Positions 54,650-64,000 of a stretch of DNA of 64,000 bases are shown in pieces; within the stretch, counting starts at the first letter, position 1; every line of letters starts with the position of its first letter. The notes below the pieces were generated by a model. It did no database searches and had not been told where the DNA came from. It saw nothing but the letters and a program-made list of their open reading frames with translations. Made by a program: the position numbers and the translations under genes. Source of the DNA: Eledone cirrhosa (lineage: Eukaryota); contig OZ024762.1 in the NCBI GenBank assembly GCA_964016885.1, positions 22,072,001 to 22,136,000 of the forward strand, given 5' to 3'.

Positions 54650-54990
54650 ACACTCTCTTAAACAAGATGATATTTACCAAAAAGAAGAACAAGTCAACAT
54701 CATTGGATACCATCAGGGTTGCAGGTGTTATATCACAGTTTTCCTTCTCCTAGAATTCTGGCTTGATAAAGGCTAAGGGCTCATCTCTCCCGGTGAATTT
54801 GGATGGCCATTGACTCTTAAAAGCTCCTTTGCCCTTTGACAGGTTTTGTTTTTAGTCCTGCAGGATGTCCATAGTCACCCTCCTCACCAAGAAGCCTTGG
54901 TGGGGTTGCCAGTTTAGTCGCCAACGACCCGACCATGAGACAGGTTGTACTGGGATACATGTTACCAGTAGCACCAACTGGTGACCTGAC
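54650..54990 (-). mobile_element. RTE-derived non-autonomous element, 5' part
   Basis: Highly similar to 2712-2998 and extends to the 5' end (gtcaggtcacc on -). Confidence 0.65.
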
Positions 54991-55260
54991 ATATATATAT
55001 ATATACATATATATATACATATATATATACATACATACATATATATATACATATATATATATGCATACATACATATATATATATGCATACATACACATAT
55101 ATATATATATATACATATATATATGTATATATATATGTATATATATATACATTACATGTATATATACATATATATAAATATACATATATATATATACATA
55201 CATATATATATATACATATATATATATACATACATATATATATGTGTGTGTGTGTGTGAA

Positions 55261-58200
55261 TAGGCTGACCAAGATACTCTCATGGAATGACCAAATGAGG
55301 TTTATTTTTCAAAATGCAAGATTGCACAGTTCTAGCATCATAACTTCATAAGCTGACCAAGATACTCTCATGGAATGACCAAATGGGGTTATTTTTCAAC
55401 ATGCAAGATTGCACAGCTCTAGCATCACTCCTTCATAGGCTGACCAAGATACTCTCATGTAATGACCAAATGAGGTTTATTTTTCGACATGCAAGATTGC
55501 ACATCTCTAGCATCACTCCTTCATAGGCTGACCAAGATACTCTCATGGAATGACCAAATGGGGTTATTTTTCAACATGCAAGATTGCACAGCTCTAGCAT
55601 CACTCCTTCATAGGCTGACCAAGATACTCTCATGTAATGACCAAATGGGGTTATTTTTCAACATGCAAGATTGCACATCTCTAGCATCACTCCTTCATAG
55701 GCTGACCAAGATACTCTCATGGAATGACCAAATGAGGTTTATTTTTCAACATGCAAGATTGCACAGCCTTAGCATCACTCCTTCATAAGCTGACCAAGAT
55801 ATTCTCATGGAATGATCAAATGAGGTTTATTTTTCAACATGCAATATTGCACAGCTCTAGCATCACTCCTTCATAGGCTGAGCAAGATACTCTCATGGAA
55901 TGACCAAATGAGGTTGTTTTTTTTCAGCATGCAAGATTGCACAGCTCTAGCATCACTCCTACATAGGCTGACCAAGATACTCTCATGGAATGACCAAATG
56001 AGTTTATTTTTCAACATGCAATATTGCACAGCTCTAGCATCACTCCTTCATAGGCTGACCAAGATACTCTCATGGAATGACCAAATGAGGGTTATTTTTC
56101 AACATGCAAGATTTCCCAGCTCTAGCATCACTCCTTCATAGGCTGACCAAGATACTCTCATGGAATGACCAAATGAGGTTTATTTTTCAACATGCAAGAT
56201 TGCACAGCTCTAGCATCACTCCTTCATAGGCTGACCAAGATACTCTGATGGAATGACCAATTGAGGTTTATTTTTCAACATGCAAGATTGCACAGCTCTA
56301 GCATCACTCCTTCATAGGCTGACCAAGATACTCTCATGGAATGACCAAATGAGGTATATTTTTCAACTTGCCACATTGCACAGCTCTAGCATCACTCCTT
56401 CATAGGCTGAACAATATACTCTCATGGAATGACCAAATGAGGTTTATTTTTCAACATGCAAGATTTCACAGCTCTAGCATCACTCCTTCATAGGCTGACC
56501 AAGATATTCTCATGGAATGACCAAATGAGGTTTATTTTTCAACATGCAATATTGCACAGCTCTAGCATCACTCCTTCATAGCCTGACCAAGATACGCTCA
56601 TGGAATGACCAAATGAGGTTTATTTTTCAACATGCAGGATTTCACAGCTCTAGCATCACTCCTTCATAGGCTGACCAAGATACTCTCATGGAATGACCAA
56701 ATGAGGTTTATTTTTCAACATGCAAGATTGCACAGCTCTAGCATCACTCCTTCATAGGCTGACCAAGATACTCTCATGGAATGACCAATTGAGATTTATT
56801 TTTCAACATGCAAGATTGCACCGCTCTAGCATCACTCCTTCATAGGCTGACCAAGATACTCTCATGGAATGACCAAATGAGGTATATTTTTCAACATGCA
56901 AGATTGCACAGCTCTAGCATCACTCCTTCATAGGCTGACCAATATACTCTCATGGAATGACCAAATGAGGTTTATTTTTCAACATGCAAGATTGCACAGC
57001 TCTAGCATCACTCCTTCACAGGCTGACCAAGATAATCTCATGGAATGACCAAATGAGGTATATTTTTCAACATGCAAGATTGCACAGCTCTAGCATCACT
57101 CCTTCATAGGCTGACCAATATACTCTCATGGAATGACCAAATGAGGTTTATTTTTCAACATGCAATATTGCACAGCTCTAGCCTCACTCCTTCATAGGCT
57201 GACCAAGATACTCTCATGGAATGACCAAATGAGGTTTATTTTTCAACATGCAAGATTTCACAGCTCTAGCATCACTCCTTCATAGGCTGACCAAGATACT
57301 CTCATGGAATGACCAAATGAGGTTTATTTTTCAACATGCAAGATTGCACAGCTCTAGCATCACTCCTTCATAGGCTGACCAAGATACTCTCATGTAATGA
57401 CCAAATGAGGTTTATTTTTCGACATGCAAGATTGCACATCTCTAGCATCACTCCTTCATAAGCTGACCAAGATACTCTCATGGAATGACCAAATGAGGTT
57501 TATTTTTCAACATGCAAGATTTCACAGCTCTAGCATCACTCCTTCATAGGCTGACCAAGATACTCTCATGGAATGACCAAATGAGGGTTATTTTTCAACA
57601 TGCAATATTGCACAGCGCTAGCATCACTCCTTCATAGGCTGAGCAAGATACTCTCATGGAATGACCAAATGAGGTTGTTTTTTTTCAGCATGCAAGATTG
57701 CACAGCGCTAGCATCACTCCTACATAGGCTGACCAAGATACTCTCATGGAATGACCAAATGAGTTTATTTTTCAACATGCAATATTGCACAGCTCTAGCA
57801 TCACTCCTTCATAGGCTGACCAAGATACTCTCATGGAATGACCAAATGAGGGTTATTTTTCAACATGCAAGATTTCACAGCTCTAGCATCACTCCTTCAT
57901 AGGCTGACCAAGATACTCTCATGGAATGACCAAATGAGGTTTATTTTTCAACATGCAAGATTGCACAGCTCTAGCATCACTCCTTCATAGGCTGACCAAG
58001 ATACTCTGATGGAATGACCAATTGAGGTTTATTTTTCAACATGCAAGATTGCACAGCTCTAGCATCACTCCTTCATAGGCTGACCAAGATACTCTCATGG
58101 AATGACCAAATGAGGTATATTTTTCAACTTGCAAGATTGCACAGCTCTAGCATCACTCCTTCATAGGCTGAACAATATACTCTCATGGAATGACCAAATG

Positions 58201-61200
58201 AGGTTTATTTTTCAACATGCAAGATTTCACAGCTCTAGCATCACTCCTTCATAGGCTGACCAAGATATTCTCATGGAATGACCAAATGAGGTTTATTTTT
58301 CAACATGCAATATTGCACAGCTCTAGCATCACTCCTTCATAGCCTGACCAAGATACGCTCATGGAATGACCAAATGAGGTTTATTTTTCAACATGCAAGA
58401 TTTCACAGCTCTAGCATCACTCCTTCATAGGCTGACCAAGATACTCTCATGGAATGACCAAATGAGGTTTATTTTTCAACATGCAAGATTGCACAGCTCT
58501 AGCATCACTCCTTCATAGGCTGACCAAGATACTCTCATGGAATGACCAATTGAGATTTATTTTTCAACATGCAAGATTGCACAGCTCTAGCATCACTCCT
58601 TCATAGGCTGACCAAGATACTCTCATGGAATGACCAAATGAGGTATATTTTTCAACATGCAAGATTGCACAGCTCTAGCATCACTCCTTCATAGGCTGAC
58701 CAATATACTCTCATGGAATGACCAAATGAGGTTTATTTTTCAACATGCAAGATTGCACAGCTCTAGCATCACTCCTTCTCAGGCTGACCAAGATAATCTC
58801 ATGGAATGACCAAATGAGGTATATTTTTCAACATGCAAGATTGCACAGCTCTAGCATCACTCCTTCATAGGCTGACCAAGATACTCTCATGGAATGACCA
58901 AATGAGGTTTATTTTTCAACATGCAATATTGCACAGCTCTAGCATCACTCCTTCATAGGCTGACCAAGATACTCTCATGGAATGACCAAATGAGGTTTAT
59001 TTTTCAACATGCAAGATTTCACAGCTCTAGCATCACTCCTTCATAGGCTGACCAAGATACTCTCATGGAATGACCAAATGAGGTTTATTTTTCAACATGC
59101 AAGATTGCACAGCTCTAGCATCACTCCTTCATAGGCTGACCAAGATACTCTCATGGAATGACCAATTGAGGTTTATTTTTCAACATGCAAGATTGCACAG
59201 CTCTAGCATCACTCCTTCATAGGCTGACCAAGATACTCTCATGGAATGACCAAATGAGGTATATTTTTCAACATGCAAGATTGCACAGCTCTAGCATCAC
59301 TCCTTCATAGGCTGACCAATATAATCTCATGGAATGACCAAATGAGATTTATTTTTCAACATGCAAGATTGCACAGCCCTAGCATCACTCCTTCATAGGC
59401 TGACCAAGATACTGTCATGGAATGAACAAATGAGGTTTATTTTTCCACATGCAAGATTACACAGCTCTAGCATCACTCCTTCATAGGCTGACCAAGATAC
59501 TCTCATGGAATGACCAAATGAGGTTTATTTTTCAACATGCAAGATTGCACAGCTCTAGCATCTATCCTTCATAGGCTGACCAAGATACTCTGATGGAATG
59601 ACCAATTGAGGTTTATTTTTCAACATGCAAGATTGCACAGCTCTAGCATCACTCCTTCATAGGCTGACCAAGATACTCTCATGGAATGACCAAATGAGGT
59701 ATATTTTTCAACTTGCAAGATTGCACAGCTCTAGCATCACTCCTTCATAGGCTGAACAATATACTCTCATGGAATGACCAAATGAGGTTTATTTTTCAAC
59801 ATGCAAGATTTCACAGCTCTAGCATCACTCCTTCATAGGCTGACCAAGATATTCTCATGGAATGACCAAATGAGGTTTATTTTTCAACATGCGATATTGC
59901 ACAGCTCTAGCATCACTCCTTCATAGCCTGACCAAGATACGCTCATGGAATGACCAAATGAGGTTTATTTTTCAACATGCAAGATTTCACAGTTCTAGCA
60001 TCACTCCTTCATAGGCTGACCAAGATACTCTCATGGAATGAGGTTTATTTTTCAACATGCAATATTGCACAGCTCTAGCATCACTCCTTCATAGGCTGAC
60101 CAAGATACTCTCATGGAATGACCAAATGAGGTTTATTTTTCAACATGCAAGATTTCACAGCTCTAGCATCACTCCTTCATAGGCTGACCAAGATACTCTC
60201 ATGGAATGACCAAATGAGGTTTAATTTTCAACATGCAAGATTGCACAGCTCTAGCATCACTCCTTCATAGGCTGACCAAGATACTCTCATGGAATGACCA
60301 ATTGAGGTTTATTTTTCAACATGCAAGATTCACAGCTCTAGCATCACTCCTTCATAGGCTGACCAAGATACTCTCATGGAATGACCAAATGAGGTATATT
60401 TTTCAACATGCAAGATTGCACAGCTCTAGCATCACTCCTTCATAGGCTGACCAATATAATCTCATGGAATGACCAAATGAGATTTATTTTTCAACATGCA
60501 AGATTGCACAGCCCTAGCATCACTCCTTCATAGGCTGACCAAGATACTGTCATGGAATGAACAAATGAGGTTTATTTTTCCACATGCAAGATTACACAGC
60601 TCTAGCATCACTCCTTCAAAGGCTGACCAAGATACTCTCATGGAATGACCAAATGAGGTTTATTTTTCAACATGCAAGATTGCACAGCTCTAGCATCACT
60701 CCTTCATAGGCTGACCAAGATACTCTCATGGAATGACCAATTGAGATTTATTTTTCAACATGCAAGATTGCACAGCTCTAGCATCACTCCTTCATAGGCT
60801 GACCAAGATACTCTCATGGAATGACCAAATGAGGTATATTTTTCAACATGCAAGATTGCACAGCTCTAGCATCACTCCTTCATAGGCTGACCAATATACT
60901 CTCATGGAATGACCAAATGAGGTTTATTTTTCAACATGCAAGATTGCACAGCTCTAGCATCACTCCTTCATAGGCTGACCAAGATAATCTCATGGAATGA
61001 CCAAATGAGGTATATTTTTCAACATGCAAGATTGCACAGCTCTAGCATCACTCCTTCATAGGCTGACCAATATACTCTCATGGAATGACCAAATGAGGTT
61101 TGTTTTTCAACATGCAAGATTTCACAGCTCTAGCATCACTCCTTCATAGGCTGACCAAGATACTCTCATGGAATGACCAAATGAGGTATATTTTTCAACA

Positions 61201-64000
61201 TGCAAGATTGCACATCTCTAGCATCACTCCTTCATAAGCTGACCAAGATACTCTCATGGAATGACCAAATGAGGTTTATTTTTCAACATGCAAGATTTCA
61301 CAGCTCTAGCATCACTCCTTCATAGGCTGACCAAGATACTCTCATGGAATGACCAAATGAGGGTTATTTTTCAACATGCAATATTGCACAGCGCTAGCAT
61401 CACTCCTTCATAGGCTGAGCAAGATACTCTCATGGAATGACCAAATGAGGTTGTTGTTTTTCAGCATGCAAGATTGCACAGCGCTAGCATCACTCCTACA
61501 TAGGCTGACCAAGATACTCTCATGGAATGACCAAATGAGTTTATTTTTCAACATGCAATATTGCACAGCTCTAGCATCACTCCTTCATAGGCTGACCAAG
61601 ATACTCTCATGGAATGACCAAATGAGGGTTATTTTTCAACATGCAAGATTTCACAGCTCTAGCATCACTCCTTCATAGGCTGACCAAGATACTCTCATGG
61701 AATGACCAAATGAGGTTTATTTTTCAACATGCAAGATTGCACAGCTCTAGCATCACTCCTTCATAGGCTGACCAAGATACTCTGATGGAATGACCAATTG
61801 AGGTTTATTTTTCAACATGCAAGATTGCACAGCTCTAGCATCACTCCTTCATAGGCTGACCAAGATACTCTCATGGAATGACCAAATGAGGTATATTTTT
61901 CAACTTGCAAGATTGCACAGCTCTAGCATCACTCCTTCATAGGCTGAACAATATACTCTCATGGAATGACCAAATGAGGTTTATTTTTCAACATGCAAGA
62001 TTTCACAGCTCTAGCATCACTCCTTCATAGGCTGACCAAGATATTCTCATGGAATGACCAAATGAGGTTTATTTTTCAACATGCAATATTGCACAGCTCT
62101 AGCATCACTCCTTCATAGCCTGACCAAGATACGCTCATGGAATGACCAAATGAGGTTTATTTTTCAACATGCAAGATTTCACAGCTCTAGCATCACTCCT
62201 TCATAGGCTGACCAAGATACTCTCATGGAATGACCAAATGAGGTTTATTTTTCAACATGCAAGATTGCACAGCTCTAGCATCACTCCTTCATAGGCTGAC
62301 CAAGATACTCTCATGGAATGACCAATTGAGATTTATTTTTCAACATGCAAGATTGCACAGCTCTAGCATCACTCCTTCATAGGCTGACCAAGGTACTCTC
62401 ATGGAATGACCAAATGAGGTATATTTTTCAACATGCAAGATTGCACAGCTCTAGCATCACTCCTTCATAGGCTGACCAATATACTCTCATGGAATGACCA
62501 AATGAGGTTTATTTTTCAACATGCAAGATTGCACAGCTCTAGCATCACTCCTTCTCAGGCTGACCAAGATAATCTCATGGAATGACCAAATGGGGTATAT
62601 TTTTCAACATGCAAGATTGCACAGCTCTAGCATCACTCCTTCATAGGCTGACCAAGATACTCTCATGGAATGACCAAATGAGGTTTATTTTTCAACATGC
62701 AATATTGCACAGCTCTAGCATCACTCCTTCATAGGCTGACCAAGATACTCTCATGGAATGACCAAATGAGGTTTATTTTTCAACATGCAAGATTTCACAG
62801 CTCTAGCATCACTCCTTCATAGGCTGACCAAGATACTCTCATGGAATGACCAAATGAGGTTTATTTTTCAACATGCAAGATTGCACAGCTCTAGCATCAC
62901 TCCTTCATAGGCTGACCAAGATACTCTCATGGAATGACCAATTGAGGTTTATTTTTCAACATGCAAGATTGCACAGCTCTAGCATCACTCCTTCATAGGC
63001 TGACCAAGATACTCTCATGGAATGACCAAATGAGGTATATTTTTCAACATGCAAGATTGCACAGCTCTAGCATCACTCCTTCATAGGCTGACCAATATAA
63101 TCTCATGGAATGACCAAATGAGATTTATTTTTCAACATGCAAGATTGCACAGCCCTAGCATCACTCCTTCATAGGCTGACCAAGATACTGTCATGGAATG
63201 AACAAATGAGGTTTATTTTTCCACATGCAAGATTACACAGCTCTAGCATCACTCCTTCATAGGCTGACCAAGATACTCTCATGGAATGACCAAATGAGGT
63301 TTATTTTTCAACATGCAAGATTGCACAGCTCTAGCATCTATCCTTCATAGGCTGACCAAGATACTCTGATGGAATGACCAATTGAGGTTTATTTTTCAAC
63401 ATGCAAGATTGCACAGCTCTAGCATCACTCCTTCATAGGCTGACCAAGATACTCTCATGGAATGACCAAATGAGGTATATTTTTCAACTTGCAAGATTGC
63501 ACAGCTCTAGCATCACTCCTTCATAGGCTGAACAATATACTCTCATGGAATGACCAAATGAGGTTTATTTTTCAACATGCAAGATTTCACAGCTCTAGCA
63601 TCACTCCTTCATAGGCTGACCAAGATATTCTCATGGAATGACCAAATGAGGTTTATTTTTCAACAGGCAATATTGCACAGCTCTAGCATCACTCCTTCAT
63701 AGCCTGACCAAGATACGCTCATGGAATGACCAAATGAGGTTTATTTTTCAACATGCAAGATTTCACAGCTCTAGCATCACTCCTTCATAGGCTGACCAAG
63801 ATACTCTCATGGAATGAGGTTTATTTTTCAACATGCAATATTGCACAGCTCTAGCATCACTCCTTCATAGGCTGACCAAGATACTCTCATGGAATGACCA
63901 AATGAGGTTTATTTTTCAACATGCAAGATTTCACAGCTCTAGCATCACTCCTTCATAGGCTGACCAAGATACTCTCATGGAATGACCAAATGAGGTTTAA
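55261..64000 (+). repeat. 88-bp satellite array (~99 monomers, runs off window) with higher-order structure
   Basis: Monomer taggctgaccaagatactctcatggaatgaccaaatgaggtttatttttcaacatgcaagattgcacagctctagcatcactccttca; variant blocks recur at 1761- and 3776-bp spacing. Confidence 0.97.

Noticed and set aside
55261-55348. Hammerhead in the 88-bp satellite (ctgacca)
   Set aside because: Core lacks G8 without compensation and has no correctly placed GAAA or helices.
55489-61678. Repeated [20 protein letters not shown] ORFs
   Set aside because: The 88-bp monomer is not a multiple of 3; frames stay open only through chance indels.

Overview
AT-rich, repeat-dense eukaryotic non-coding DNA, inferred from SINE types and microsatellite load to be coleoid cephalopod (Octopus-like). 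No intact host gene is supportable. Nearly all listed ORFs are microsatellite artefacts; the only recognisable protein relic is a short L1/Tx1-type reverse transcriptase fragment (~7100-7480, -). The main signal is RNA structure. (1) A near-perfect tandem array of a 311-bp unit (13184-17923) carries a type I hammerhead ribozyme (HHR) in each unit: 2 copies on -, then a strand inversion, then 13 on +. This is the architecture of a non-LTR retrozyme or Penelope pseudo-LTR concatemer. (2) At least six further HHR-bearing short element families sit in (TA)n tracts, often as fold-back palindromes; one has a compensatory U3-A8 catalytic core. (3) An 88-bp satellite (55261 to window end) has 20-mer and 43-mer higher-order duplications, and its monomer matches a solitary antisense 54-bp segment at 744-797. 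Also present: tRNA-derived SINEs, two non-autonomous Helitrons, RTE-derived elements, tiny mariner-like MITEs and many mini/microsatellites. All analysis is by eye, and boundaries of degenerate repeats are approximate.
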